DNA of 57,385 nucleotides, filler included, from Perkinsus olseni (Eukaryota): NCBI GenBank assembly GCA_013115125.1. It is 2 parts of 2 records of this genome, joined end to end, with 100 filler letters (N's around TTAATTAATTAA, not from the genome) between each part and the next. Parts side by side here need not be neighbours in the genome. Positions count along the whole stretch, not along the records: positions 28,790 to 57,385 come from JABANN010000444.1; 1 more part is not named here. One strand, 5' to 3'. Shown piece by piece: positions 35,500 to 49,139 of this stretch (position 1 is its first letter; each line of letters starts with the position of its first letter). The notes under the pieces were generated by a model. It saw only the letters and a program-made list of their open reading frames with translations, ran no database searches and was not told where the DNA came from. The position numbers and the translations under genes were made by a program.

Positions 35500-38400
35500 A
35501 CGACAATGACGGAGTAGAACAGCTGAAGAAAGATCAATGGTACCTCTACTGTATGCCCAATAGTAACGTAAAAACTGCGCGCGCCACGAATTTCAACGAT
35601 AGCGCGGCAGGAAAAATTCTCCGGAAAATGGGAGATTTTCCCCCAATAATCCGTGGTCTCATACAACGGTCTCATAGAAACCGTGCAAGCTTTCGGCTAG
35701 GGTATCTTGAACTCATCATGGGGCTGCGCAGACATGAAAGACACGCTTCTGGTCTGCTGTGGATACTTAATAATAATTCTTAGGCACTTCCACGGTCTCG
35801 GCGATCAGCAGCGGCAGAGTACAGCCTTGAAAGAAAAAAACAATGAAGTCTCCGGGAATTGAACCCACGATCTCTAGCACCAAAAAAGTTGAATCAACGC
35901 TCGTCCATTAGCCCATCAAGAAATACGCATAGGTTTACTTCTTAATTTCTGCATCTCCAGCCTCAGCCACATCTTCGTCATCGGTTATAATCCTGAAGCA
36001 AGACATCATCGCTCAGGAGTATCCAAGGTTGACCATTGCCGAATACAGAGCACAAGATTCCCTTATCCTGCGCGCTCAGCTCAACCAAAGACCGTCTTCG
36101 GAGAACTACTCGATTTTGACGAATCTTTGGCGACGATAACGTCGCTTGTTGTCGCCTCCCTTCTCGACCTGCCCGCCTCCGCCGACGGGAGCGGCCCTCC
36201 TGTCCCCCAGCCTAACCGATCTCGAAGATTCTGTCGAACTTGAGCTCAACCTGAGTGGTCGAAAGATTCCAAAAGATACTCCCGCACAGTGAAGAAAGGT
36301 CACTAAGAATTACACGGAACAACTGAAAATCGACAAAAAAATGAAAAAGGATTTTCTCTGGGAGGAAGGATAGGATATCTTTGGCCTGCGCCGACATATT
36401 TCGTAGGATGCACGGTTCGAGCTAAAATACGTTTGGAGGTTGGTGACGTCAAGCTAACTCACTTGTCGCCTTCCGGTTTGTCGGTGATGAGACCACGCGA
36501 GGCTGCGTTATGGCGGAGATGGCGGCCAACTAATGGGAGACAACATAAGGGCCTGAAAGATATCCTAGGTCGAAGCGAGTAAGATACGGAATAGGTTGTG
36601 AGGCCGTCCTTACCCCGCCCCGAGTTTTTCATCGTCCTCTACGATTAGAAGTCTTGGACGGTGAGTTGAGCAACGGGATTTCTGAAGTCCCAAAGATCTT
36701 CCCTGTGCGCACTCGCAGAAGATACTCCTACCTCATTGTTAAGATTCGTGGATAGACTAGTGAGCTCAACTGGAGGATCGATCATCCCAGCGAGGGGCAT
36801 ATCAGAGGAGTTTGAAAAAATCTTTCCGCTGCGAAAGATACCAACAACGCCACACCACAGTCCTTCTCAGGTTAACCCGTGAAATCCGAGAATGAACTAT
36901 CAAGGAATCTTTCATTCCCGCACAAATATCGTTGGGCGTCGAAAATGGTTCTTGAATTTGCTCCTTGCCGGGATCGAACCCGGGACCTCACCCGGGACCT
37001 CTGGTGCTATCAACTTTTCGATAATTCGACATAACAAAGAAACAGGGCCGCAACAGTGCCGTCTATGATCCTGGGGAATCTTAGGTCGACCCGTGCTAAC
37101 CATGGAATGCAGAGATAATTTGACAAGTAGCATGGTCTATATAAACCGGCTAGTATCCAAAGTCCATCACAGGAAGATACAAAATAGGTTGAATTATCAA
37201 CTAAGCTCAACACGAAATGCCAGCATGAAAAGATACTACAACAAACTTCATCGAAGAAACCTTCATACTTCAATGAAATTCATCCGACCTCAAAAGACTC
37301 CCAATCAGTAATTACAACGCTGAGGAATTGCAAGTGAGGGCAAGATTTCAAGATAATAACTTCAATTCTGAACGATATCGACGATAGCGCTCGCCCTGCT
37401 GATCGATTTAGAAACACCAGCCGCAATTAAAGCATAAAATAAGAATCTATATATAGCGTAAAGTGTCGTGAGAAATAAATAGCTGCGGTAGTCCTTCCAC
37501 CCGGGTTCGATTCCCGGCGACATTAATTTGCGACTTTTTTAATGCAGGGTTGTGCACCAAAATTATCAAATAAAAAGCCGATCGATTTTACGCAGCGGTC
37601 AAGTAAAAAATGGAAAAAGATAAAATCGATCAACTGATCGATATCAGACCAGTAAATTCAATACCTGAAAGTATCTTCGTGTAAACCTTGCACTCTTGGA
37701 AAATCTTGCAATTTCGCAACGCACTTACCTTATGAAGTGGAAGATTCCTTGCGTGCTGATGACGGGGGCAACGTCAGGAAGTCACCAGAAGACTCAACCA
37801 AAATTCTGAGGAAAAGCAAGTGAGAGCAAGATCGCAAGACAGTCTTAACAAAATTGAGGAAATGCAAGTCGAAGCAAGAGAGCAAGATCCCCTTCCTACT
37901 CGAGACGCCTGGTTGTCGATCGCGCCGAGTGACGACGCTCGACCTTCTTCCCTTGTTGACGAACGACCAAAGCCGGGAGTCGTAGAATCTCAGATTTCTG
38001 TGATAATGAAGTGGACCTCAAAAAAGAGCTTCGAATCTCCGCTAACGAAAGAGGTAAACATGCAACAAAATTACAGCGGAGCGTTGCTGTCATCCGTAAC
38101 GATGATGGTCCTTCTACTCGACCTTGGAGGCGAAGCAATGATTGGATCCTAAGGGAAGGGAAATATCTTCGGAAGGCCTCTGCGCACAGCGAAGATTTAA
38201 ATATGGAGGAATCTTTCACAGGTTGACCTTTCTTGTTATAGGTCAAGCTGTGAAAGATACCTCTCGAAGGTCTTTGAGTCTATCGATGCACCCGGGTTCG
38301 ATTCCCAGGACCTACATTTAGGGAGGACCTCCGCATCAGTATTTTCCTTCTCGCATCAGCAAGAGGAAGACGCGGCACCAAAGCAGATCTGGTAGAGGTA

Positions 38401-39420
38401 GCTACAGACATCGTGAAAGAGCGAATCTTCGACCTCAACGTGTATCTTGCACGCTCGAGCTTAAGATTCTCCGCCCCTGATGCTCCACCAAGGAATAGAT
38501 CCGGGGACCTCTCGCATGAGGAGAGGGCATGATTGGATTCTATGGAAGTTTTCGTTCTGGCATATCCAAGGTTGACCCGTGCAGCCGACAGAAATAAAGA
38601 TGCGCTCTCGGTTTATGTGAAACACTCAACCGTTTCATCTCTCCCGAACGAAAATTCTTGGCGCGCGGGAGTTCCACCCTCAGAGAGATGTACCCAAATA
38701 TCCAAGGTTGAAGCACGCAAGATACAGAATAGCTCAGGGCTAGCACCACAGAGACAGACGCTACACCCTCACCCTCATCAGAGAGTCGCACCCAAGGAAA
38801 CCGACGCACCCACAACCTCGAGCGGTGACACGAGAGCGCTCGTATCTTCGAGAAGTGTGCCATGCACGAGTCAACCTTGGATACGCCGAGGGCATAATAG
38901 AAGCCGACGTGAAGCGTATCTTAGGTCGAAGCTGGCTGAACACAGATCAGTCACGAGAATCATAGTGCACAGTAAACGTTTCAAAAACGACGAAACCTAC
39001 AACCCACGTCGAAAAAAATCGGCAAAACCGACAGAAAAAAATTATTCAACAGTAGAAAAATTTCCAAATTTTTCAGTTTTTCCCGATTTTTCCATGAATT
39101 TTTTCCCACTCCACCCGTCAGCCAAACTCAATTGATCCATAGCCTCCCCCAGTAAATTTAAATCTTGAAAACTCGACACCACTTGCGCTTTCTCAACGTT
39201 TTCAGTAATTCTACCAACCCAACGCGTCCTATCAAACAGTGATGATAATATCGTGCAATACAAACCAATGACTGCCATAAACATAACGTATCTTTTATCG
39301 ATCAGCTGATCGATTTCACCACAACCACCATCCATACCAAAACAATCGTAACTCCCAACCCCGTTATCTATACAAATTAGTCGACGCAATTTCGTAGCGC
39401 GCGACAACCTGACCACGAAA
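35500..39420 (-). CDS. One or more intron-rich hypothetical genes (model unresolved)
   Basis: Exon-like blocks alternate with motif-containing minus-strand GT-AG introns, e.g. ITENVEKAQVVSSFQDLNLLGEAMDQL and PRLLIVEDDEKLGAG followed by GTAAG. Confidence 0.3.
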
Positions 39421-39444
39421 AATTTCCCACACAACCTCCCCTCG

Positions 39445-39600
39445 ATTACTCCACGAAATTTCGCATTCCTGAATCACTTCGCTCCGCCCTTATAAAAAAA
39501 TCACGAATTTTAGCATTCATGAATCGTTTCGCTCCGCTCTCCCTCCCCGTATTACTTCATGAATTTTCGCATTCCTGCATCGCTTCGCTCCGCCCTTCCT
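39445..39600. repeat. Degenerate ~52-bp tandem repeat, 3 copies
   Basis: Approximate unit CA(C/T)GAA(A/T)TTT(C/A)GCATTC(C/A)TG(A/C)ATC..TTCGCTCCGC(C/T)CT repeated three times. Confidence 0.8.
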
Positions 39601-41733
39601 CCCCTCCGATCGGCTCAGCAACCTCCGGCGGCGTGGCTTCGTTGGTGAGCAGCTCGAGGTCGAGGGCGCCGTCGTGTTTTACGATATGCTCTGAAAGAAA
39701 CCATTTATCATCCCAAAGGTCCCCGGATCGATCCAGCCCACCGGCATTATTATATAATTTCTGATAAAAAACTTGATATCAACAGACCTATTTTGTCATT
39801 GTCAAGGGTCAACCATAGATACGCCCCATAGTAGCACCCTCGCCTTAGTTATCCAAATTCAATGTTCTAACAACGCTCAATTTATCGAGAATCCAATTAG
39901 GATATCAATCGAGCGATTGTGTAACTGCCTAGGGTCGACCTAAGATACGCTTCAAATCAGCGCTGCAATAAACCAACAAAAACACACATTTTCACTTCAG
40001 TCAGGAGGTCTCCGGTTCGATCCCCGGCCCCTCCATTTTTCTACCCAGCGAATCCGTCAAAAGTTGAATCTCGTTTCCCAGCTGCGTCAAATCCGGTTTC
40101 AATAGAAACTTCACAGACTTCATCCTGAATCGGAAAACAATGAAATCGATCAGCCGGGCGCGCGCTTTTTGCACCAGCTGTTTGCCGTCCTCCTCGTCGG
40201 TATATTTCCCAGAGTGACTCTCATCAGGGCTTCTCGTTCGTGTGGGGAATCGCCGATGGATATCACATTCCGCCATGACCTGTCATCGACCCAAGATTCC
40301 CCAAACATCTTCGCTGTGCGCACTTCATACACTAAGATATACGCATCAGATATCTTTCAATCCTATGTCATGCCAGCATCAACCTAAGATACTCACCTGT
40401 GCATCGCCGAACTATTCCAAAAGTTAACCGCGGCACTTGATGGTTCCTCAACCAACTGCAAGTCAACTCCGCTTATCGGCGTAGCACCTAGAAGATCACC
40501 AAATCGATCACGTGATCGATTTGGATACTCACATCTTTGACCATCAATAATATCTCTAAATGCATGAGCCTTCCACCCAGCTGGACTTTTTATACCCCTA
40601 TGCTCGAATGCACCTAAGACAAACAAAATCTTGCAATCTTGCTGCTCCTTACAATTTCAGAACGCTTCGCTCCGCCGCCCATATTACTCCGAGCGCTGCA
40701 AATCTGCACCGCCAAATTTTGAAACAGGGGCTCCAAAGAAGGCAGCCATTTGCGACAGGACAGCTCGAACCATCCGTCCTGAAGTAAATAAAATACCCCC
40801 GCCGAGGATCGAACTCACGCCCTTTCCCTCCCTACCTGAGCGTTCGTTACAATGACAACTTTTCCTAATGAAGCCGCGACTCTGATCATCTTCGCCGCCA
40901 TTTCGGCCAACTCCGCCAAAGGGTCGATAAATTGTTCCGGTACAAACGGGTCGCAAACCTAAAACTAGTAAAATCGGAAATAATTTTATGTGAAATTTTC
41001 TGAAAATATTTTCCAAGGTGAGAGGAAATATCTTTTCTCCGCGTTGTGTTCATAAATCGTAAAGATATGCAAAGTAAATTAAACCAGACCGTATTGCCCA
41101 GGTGCGAGCGAATCGTTAATATTTTCGATAAAATAAATTTTTAAATAAATATCTTCACCACTGAAAGTGTCGAAAAATATCTTCTTGTCAATTCATGATC
41201 GTAAGTCGGGGGCTGTAGAGATACTCCCTAAGTAAACCTTAACGAAAAATTAACTTCTGAATTACAACAACCCGTCATGTTAAATTCAATCCTGTATTTT
41301 GAGAGTTGTTGAAAACTCCCCATTATTACATTCAGTCCGTTCACCTTCGCCCAGGTCGTCGGGCAAATGGTATCATCCCAATCAAAGATAACCAGGGTTT
41401 GCGCTCGCGCGGGAGTAGCTGAGGAAAATATCTTTCAGTCAACCTTGCACAACATAGGTTAACCTACATGGTGGACTTGTCAAAGATTCCTTCTTCGGGG
41501 TCGGCGTTACGCCAACAGCAGTACTAAAAATGCAACATGCCGGGATCGAAGGTGTGACTTTCTTCCCACCTCCCATTTGAAATATCCCCTTCCTTCTCGT
41601 TCCCTCCGCCAGGCGTCAACAGCGCCGTAAACATCGAATGATCTCCACCACCATCACCAGGCGTATCTTTTGCACCACTCTCGACCTCTCCGTGATGGTC
41701 GACCTTGGAAGAAGATTCCTTCGGGGTTATCAT
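39557..41733 (-). CDS. HAD-superfamily-like conserved protist protein (multi-exon)
   Basis: Exons read QTLVIFDWDDTICPTTW (HAD motif I), SPAGWKAHAFRDII, NVISIGDSPHEREAL, SVKFLLKPDLTQLGNEIQLL and IVKHDGALDLELL. Start and stop approximate. Confidence 0.75.
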
Positions 41734-42164
41734 TACTCCTGCTCCGCCATGCGCGAACGTAGCTGTCGGAAAATCTGAAAAGGGCGACACAAACACGACT
41801 CTAGAAAAAAATATAAACATCAAAGATATTCAATATCGATCACTTGATCGATTTCATCACCCACTGATCATCCTCAAAATACTATATAAACGGTCCGCTT
41901 TCTCACAGCGACGAAAAATTGTAAAATTATCGACCAGAATTAACAACCGAATCTGCTCCTCACGCTCATCATTATGATGATAACAACCTCCTCCCCATCA
42001 TCTCCAAACAAAAAAATATCCCACAAAGAAATGAAAAAATGAAATCCCCCCCGGAAAAAAAATTTGTGCATCTTGCAGTAGATAAAGTTTGGAAAATTTT
42101 TACCCACGACAACAACTAAACCGAATTTTTTCTAATAATTTCTGCCATTTACACCATCATAATT

Positions 42165-42716
42165 ATAACAACACCCTCGGGCCGAGGGCCTCGGCGTCTC
42201 CGATATACCCAAATTATCAACTTTTTGGGTGAAAAAGTTATAGGAATTACCCTCTCCGGCCGGTTTTGCGTGTTCAGTATCACTCGTACCTCCTGAGTTA
42301 ATTTCAGTGGTAGATTCGGAATCCCCATGCTCGATAACCTATATGCTCCAATTTTCAGCCCTATTCGCTTCCATACCGTGGAGAAAGTGGGGGTAGACTG
42401 GTTTCCTCGGGATTTTCGGCGGGCGTCGTTAGGCGTCGTTCGCACGATAGGCTTCAACCCTATGGCCGCTACGCTCCGCTACGCGTTTTTTCACAAGGTG
42501 GCTGAAGAAGGTGCGCATTTTCGAGTTCTTTTACTCTGATGCTTCTCACACGCCGCCTTCACTTCAAACGAGCGGAATGTCCATTTCACGAGGCGCGCAT
42601 GCACGCACGTTAGCGCGCGCCCTGATATTCGATTTGTTGGGGCGCGCGCGAAAGGATCTGGGAGCGCGGGATCGCCAAAAAGTTCCTGACGTAGCGCCCG
42701 CTTCGTACCCTTGTTA
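42165..42716. mobile_element. Possible non-autonomous Helentron-associated (HINE/DINE-1-like) element
   Basis: Left end AACAA...GCCGAG-GGC-CTCGGC hairpin...ATATACCC; internal AACTTTT/AAAAGTT inverted words; GC-rich island in AT-rich flanks ending TACCCTTGTT. Resemblance only. Confidence 0.3.
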
Positions 42717-42919
42717 GTAAGTTTCCACGAAAAGAATCGTAAAATAACTACTCACGAAAAAAACTTGAATTTTACGAAGTTTACGATAAATTTGAAAAAA
42801 AAACATTTAATCATCGTCATCATAATAACAAGACCCAACAATGATAATATTACAACGGAAAAAAACCGTAAAATTTTTACTCACGAAAATAAGATATAAA
42901 CGAAATTAACGATGAATTT

Positions 42920-43400
42920 CGGTCGATAAAATGACTAAGATTCTCCTTCTCCCCCTACTACCGTGAGAAGGTTGGTGGTGGTCCTGACCGAGAGGACTGA
43001 GGACGTCTCGACTTTCGTCATCATCACCATCAAATACCAGAGCATCCGAATCCAATTCAAGACATCTACGGTTACCTAAAGATACTCAAATCGATCACGC
43101 GATCGATTCAACTAAATTACTATCTGGTATCTTAGGTTGAAGCAAGGAAGATACGAAAAGGGTTACCTTTGCTCTGCACAGGAGTTCCCTCCTGAAGATC
43201 CTCCATAGAGATGGGCGCCTCTTGCTGCTGCCCTTCGACCGTCTTCTCCGCGTTGGGAGTAAACATACAAACCGGGAAAATCAAACAACACTATGGGAAC
43301 CACAATAATCGATCACGCGATCCATTTCAGTCAACTTCCGCTTCCAAGAAATGACTAGCTTTTTACCGAAAAAAGTGTCTCGTCGTCAACTCGTGTGTCA
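42920..43400 (-). CDS. Small multi-exon hypothetical gene (unresolved)
   Basis: Exon FTPNAEKTVEGQQQEAPISMEDLQEGTPVQSK, then a GT-AG intron (~43076-43167), then a further exon. Confidence 0.3.
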
Positions 43401-43601
43401 TATTTCATTTTCTCCTCTTCGCACCAAAAAATTCTCGGAAAAAATTTCTGTTTTTTCCCGGAAAATTCCCCGAAAATCTCGTTTTCTTCTGAAAATCAAC
43501 ACGATGGTGTTGATCGTGTCACATAACAACCAAAATTTGTAAAATTATTATTCTTTCTCCCCCTTCCCCGCACCTCCTCGGACTCAAATCTTCCAAATCG
43601 A

Positions 43602-44904
43602 TCAAAGATACCCAATCGGCTTCAAAGGCGGTCTCAAGTTGCACTTCAATGCCGCCCACTCGGATCGACCTTGGATACTCTCCCAGTCAAATCGCTGCTT
43701 CGGTCCGCTAAACTTTGAGAATTTTTCTGCATTTTTTCGAGAAACTATCGTGACAATCGCCGACGGCATCTCCCCCAGTTTGACCTTTCTGATATGCACT
43801 ACCGCCCATGATGAGCTCAAAGATTCCATCACAAGATCAACCAAAGATTCCTTTGTCAATAGAACCTGAAAAGATACTAATAAAATCGATCACGTGATCG
43901 ATTTCACCTACCATCACTCCACTATCTCTGCACAGTCTCCCAAACTCAGGGAGAGCCAACCGATAGAGATCCTCCAACTTCTGCGTATCTTCTGAGCACC
44001 ATTGCACGCCAAAGGGAAGGTCGGAAATAATAACATCAACAGTATCTTTCCGCATGCACAACCTCCGACCATCTCCCAAGATACCATCGACGTCGACCTC
44101 CGAAAGATACTCCGAATTACTCTTCAATTTTTCAATCTGAAATTTTTCCGCATCAATTCCGATTCCCCATCGCTTCGCTTCGCTCCGCTCAAAAATCGTC
44201 GCACCCGTTCCACAAAAAGGATCCAAAATTATCAAATCTCGCGTATCTTTCAACCCAATAAAATCCATGGTCGACCTCGCCTGTTTATTCATAGCCCATG
44301 CCACAGGGCTCGCCAGTCCGACGCATTTTCGCCCGCCCGATCGATCGATCCTCTCCATCACCGGAATGTCCACAATAACCCAATCGTCATTGATAAAGAT
44401 TCTTATCACCACGGCAGGCTTCGGATTAACTCGACCTCTCCATCGTCCGCCAGAAATAAAAGATACCTTTTCCGCGACAGCTCGAGTAATATCAAAAGAA
44501 GATACGCTCGAGAATCTTTTGCCCTTGCGCTGAGTTTCGACCTTAAAATCGATCACGTGATCGTTTTCACCTCCCATCGCCAATCGCACTTTACTACCAA
44601 TTTCCTCCCAATCCAACCCGGCCAATTCAAAGCATATCTTTTCACAGACCGACTCGGAAAGGTCGACCTCTTCCGCCGAAGCCAGCATGAGGTTGAGGCA
44701 TATCTTTTCCTGTAAAAAGATACTCCTTCTGAGAACTCCCTTCAACCCATCAGCATGATCAAAATAGATTCTCTGCCGAGGTCCCTTCGAAAAGATATTT
44801 TTCGCTCCCAATTTTTCCCGAATTTCCCAAACCGCTCGAGTTCCCATTCCGACGCCCGTAGAAAAAGTGGAGCAAAATTCGGACGGAGGACAGGGGGGCG
44901 ACAT
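43602..44904 (-). CDS. THUMP-domain RNA (m2G-type) methyltransferase, THUMPD2/3-like
   Basis: THUMP-like FKVETQRKGKRF...VVIRIFINDD; SAM motif ILDPFCGTGATIFE; motif IV DVIISDLPFG; intron 43867-43912. Start assumed at MSPPCPPSEF. Confidence 0.85.
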
Positions 44905-44949
44905 GATAGAAACCAACTGAACCAAATCGATCACCCGATCGATTTCCAT

Positions 44950-47900
44950 CCCAGAACCAAACGTCTCCTTTCTCAACACCGTAAAAATTTGTCACATCAA
45001 AGTGATCATCATATCCTAGCTTCAAGCATGCAAGATACAAAACAGGTCAACTTCCTACCCTCTGGACGACACATAACTCTTTCGTTCCGATAAATATTTA
45101 CTCGCCAACGACTGCTTCCTCCCATCACCACCGACGACCGACCCTTGACGACTCCCTTTCCTTGACCCCGTTTTGGTCGAATTAAATCGACCCGCTGCGC
45201 TTCCGGACGATGCAAAAATCGCTTGACGATGACCGCGGTTACTCATTAGCTCACCCCCAGATTTAAAGTTGGAAGCTCTTCTTTCCTTCCCCCCAGCAAA
45301 CATCACTAAAACAACGACCTCATCCGTATCTTCCTAGCTTCAACCTAAGATACGTCCTACCATTGAGGCCCTTTCCTCCACCATCTGCTGCTTCCTTCGG
45401 TGCTTCCGGCGACGGGAAATAATTATAATTGTAACGATACGCATCAGCCGGGAAAACACCTGCTAGCCAAATCACCAAATCGATCACCAGGGCGCGCGCT
45501 TTTTACCGCTATAGATATCTGTCGCCATTAGATGCTTGTCAACTCCCCATCTCTCTCCGTGAACCGAGTTCAACGTGCCTGTAACAAAATGGAAAAACGG
45601 GAAAATCTAATTTTTGTAATTTTTATTTTTTACGATATCGCACGACCACCCGAAAAATCATCGCCACAATCCAAATTTCACCAACTTTACGCGGAAAAAA
45701 ATAATTTTTCCATCCTTCCCACGAAAAATTATCATTTTTTCAAGAAAAATAAAGATTCCCCCCTTTTCTACCTCCCTCAACACCATCCTCCATAGTAACC
45801 GTCGGTCGGTAAAAATTTTCTGATATTCCGGAAAATCCGCGGAGCTCCGACGACATTCTGTAAGCCTCCGAAACTTGTGCCTAAAAATGGTGAAGTCCCG
45901 GGTTCGATTCCAGCACCCTGCATTTTACCTGCAATAAAGTCGTCGCCGTCTGTAAATGCGCTAGCGTCGGATCAGCCGATGTCGCACTGAAAGTCCAAAT
46001 CGATCAGCCGACCGATTTTGATCGATTTCCCTCACCCGGCAACTGCCGTTGAGTTCACCGCTAAGAGCGACTTGCTCGGATCTGCAAAATACTCAACCGA
46101 ACCGTTCCCGCCAAATTTCTCCTGCGGCCTCCGCCCCTAAAAGTGGGTAATCGAAAGGTCCCCGGTTCGATCCCCCCAACCCACTACCATCGTGAATCCC
46201 GCTAGAGACGCTTCCCTCACAGCTCGCAAGTCGCCGGTCAACTTCTCAACCTCATCTTGCAATCTTGCAATTTCTCCACGCGAGTCCGTCGACTGCAACT
46301 TCGAGTACTTCAAATGCAACTACAAAAAAACAATTACTTTCAGTCGTAATCGTCTTTCTGCTAGAAATTTTCCGCGAGATTTTCCGAGAATCTCCCAAGT
46401 TACCCATGAAAAAATTCCAAAATTTTCCGAAAAATTTTCCAAATTTTCCAGACCTTTCGAAAATCTTGAATATAAAATTTTCCAAAATTCTCCACAATTT
46501 TCCCGCTCCTCTCACCGCAACATTTTCATTCCTCGCCTTCGCCAACTCGTGCTGCAGCCCAACAATGTCGCTCTTCAACCTCTCAATATGATTCGCCAAA
46601 CTCGTCACTACCAGAGCTCTCATGAATCTTGCACGCTTCGACCTAAGATACCTTCTAGCTCCTCCAAAGTCCTCCGAATATCTTCCTTCTCTCGCTTCAA
46701 TCGTTCGACCTCTCTCGTGGCCGCCTCACGATCACACCTAGCGGTTTCCTAATCGGAAGGTCCCCGGTTCGATCCCGGCACCCGGCATTTTTACTATTAC
46801 CTGCAATAATATAATATCCTGCTTCAACTCTTCTATCTTCGTCTTATCCGCATTCGATGAATCTTCTTTAACGACACCCTTGGCTGGAGACTCCGACGGT
46901 GACTGAGTTGGCAAAAGTAATGAGTATCTTAGGTCGAAGCTGGCGTTACACAGATACTGATATATCAGGTTTATATATAACACGGCCGTATCTTAGGTTG
47001 ACTCGTGATTCACTCACAATCTCTTTAAAAAATATCTTAGGTTGAAGCTGGGGTATCGCAAATCAACTCACCAAAAAGGGCGTATCTTTCAATACAGTAC
47101 TGATACACCAGGTGAATATATAATGCGTATCTTAGGTCGACCCATGGCACACACGAAAAATCTCACCGTATCTTTCTTCCTCTTCACCTCCCTCTCCAAT
47201 TGCCTCACTCGATCGTCCAACTCATTCGCCTTCTTCTGGAAGACCACTTTCTCTTCGCGCGCCCTAACAAAATAAAAACGAATCTTTCAAGCTCGACCTT
47301 CTTCGAGGAGGTCAAAGGTGCTAAAGATACGCATGATAATGATAGTTCCCAACAACCGTCACGCGCCACGAAATTACTTATCGGCCTCCCTCGCCGCCTG
47401 TGCTGCCTTTTTTTCTGCCGCCTGTGCAGCTTCAACCGCTTCGGCAACCTGAGAGTATCCTAAGTCGAAGCTTGCAAGATACAAAACAGGTCACCTTTCG
47501 CTGCTCTTCCGCCAGTTCCGCCTTCAATTTTTCCACCTCTCCCCCATCGGAAGCTACGGGCTTGATCGGAGTGGTCATCCTCCTCGACTGGGCGGGCGCG
47601 GGTGCCTTTCGAACAAATCGAAATTCGCAAGATCGCGGCGGCAGAAAATACAGCTAAAATATCCTGAACTCTATGGGAATGAAATTCGGAAAATATTTCG
47701 GATTTTCCGGAAAAAAAACAAAGAATTTTCAACTTTCCTTGCGCTACAGTCCATATAGAATCTTCCCCGTCTGTAACGTCCCCGCTTCAACCTAAGATAC
47801 GCAATTCTTATCACCTCTCCTCCCTTCGCCATCAGCTTCGCCTCGTATTCTCTCTTTTTCGCCTCCAATGCCGACATCGCTGACTTAGCATCCGAAGGGG

Positions 47901-48900
47901 TTACACCATCTGAAAATCGACCTATTCCATCATTGACCAGCTTCAACCTAAGATACCCCCTTCTCGTGGCGGCGCATCCGCGGCATTTTCCTTCGGCCCT
48001 TCTCCCTTCTCTTCTTCCACAACCACCACTGCCTTCGCCTTAGCCTGAATCGATCAGAAACACGCACTGCGAAGGATTCCAAAAGATACGTCTCAATCCG
48101 AACTGCAGCGATCGATGCCGGGAAAAAACGGAAAACATTGAAAACCAGTTGAGAATATTTTATCAATATTTTTCGGTCTGATTAATTTAAATAAGCATAT
48201 CAATTATTTATCAAAGCGAAACCAGTGAGAAGAAGCCGCAGTAGCATGGAGTATCTTTCAACCTCATATCAACCACGCATGAACACATTACGAGAATCTT
48301 GTCATCCTCGACCCTCCCACACGTAACTTCAGGCTACTCTCTCAACGTGAGGGTTCCATCTCCGAATTCGTGCCTCAGTAAATACTCCAATAATCGATCA
48401 TCCGATCGATTCAGTGCCAGAAATCAAAAAGACCCTCGTTACAAAACCACGCGGGATTCGAACCAGAGACCTTCCGATTACCTTAGCTTTCGCCTTCGCT
48501 TTCCCCTTTGCCCTCGCCTTGCCCTTCGCCTTCGCCTTCGGTTTCTCATCCCCTCCCCCCACCTCTCCCTCTGCAGGCTTATCCGGTCTCTTCTCCGGCG
48601 GAGGACCAGCCGTAGGAGTGGGACATAACGGCGTCGCATTCACCACGAAACTACTCGGCAGACCAACCGACGCTCCTCCTGATCACAAAACCCGCACAGG
48701 TTCAATCCCGAGCCGCAGCACAATCCACCAAAATCCCTTCTTGACGATTCATCTTCCATTCAATGCAAATCCAATTCCCTATACCCGAAACGACATCAAA
48801 ATATCGCCGAAAAATATCCACGTCCTTCGACCACCTCGTAGACGTTTAACTCATCCTCGAGACCAGCCTATCGATCGCCACCAGTGATCTTCAAGTGAGT
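44950..48900 (-). CDS. Large intron-rich coiled-coil / Lys-Ala-rich protein (possibly the C-terminal part of the histidine kinase gene)
   Basis: Exons: KPKAKAKGKARAKGKAKAKAK spliced to AKAKAVVVVEEEKG; SAMSALEAKKREYEAKL; KTKIEELKQDIILLQ; LANHIERLKSDIVGLQHELAKAR; GEIARLQDEVEKLTGDL. All have GT-AG borders. Confidence 0.55.
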
Positions 48901-49139
48901 CGTTAAATTACGTTAATTTCGTTTCGAAATTAGTTTCGTTAGTCTTTTTCAATTTCGCTTGTTACGTTAATGAAGACACTCGAAAATATTCATTAACATT
49001 TCCTTTCCGCGCTCGCCAAATTCGATACTGATGCCGTACTTCACAAGTAAGGAAGAATTTCATGAAAATTAAAAAATTTTCAATAAAAATTGAATAAAAA
49101 TTTTCTGTAATTTTTTTCTCCCATCGCCCTCTGTATTAC

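Noticed and set aside
35217-35675. 152-aa minus-strand ORF
   Set aside because: Built from CAT/GAT/GCA microsatellite-like runs with no protein motif.
36612-36680. RLLIVEDD resembling the start of a response-regulator receiver
   Set aside because: The rest of the receiver fold was not found, and other genes separate it from the kinase.
44002-44715. 237-aa plus-strand ORF (and similar ones at 46192-46752 and 50394-50948)
   Set aside because: Antisense to well-supported minus-strand genes.
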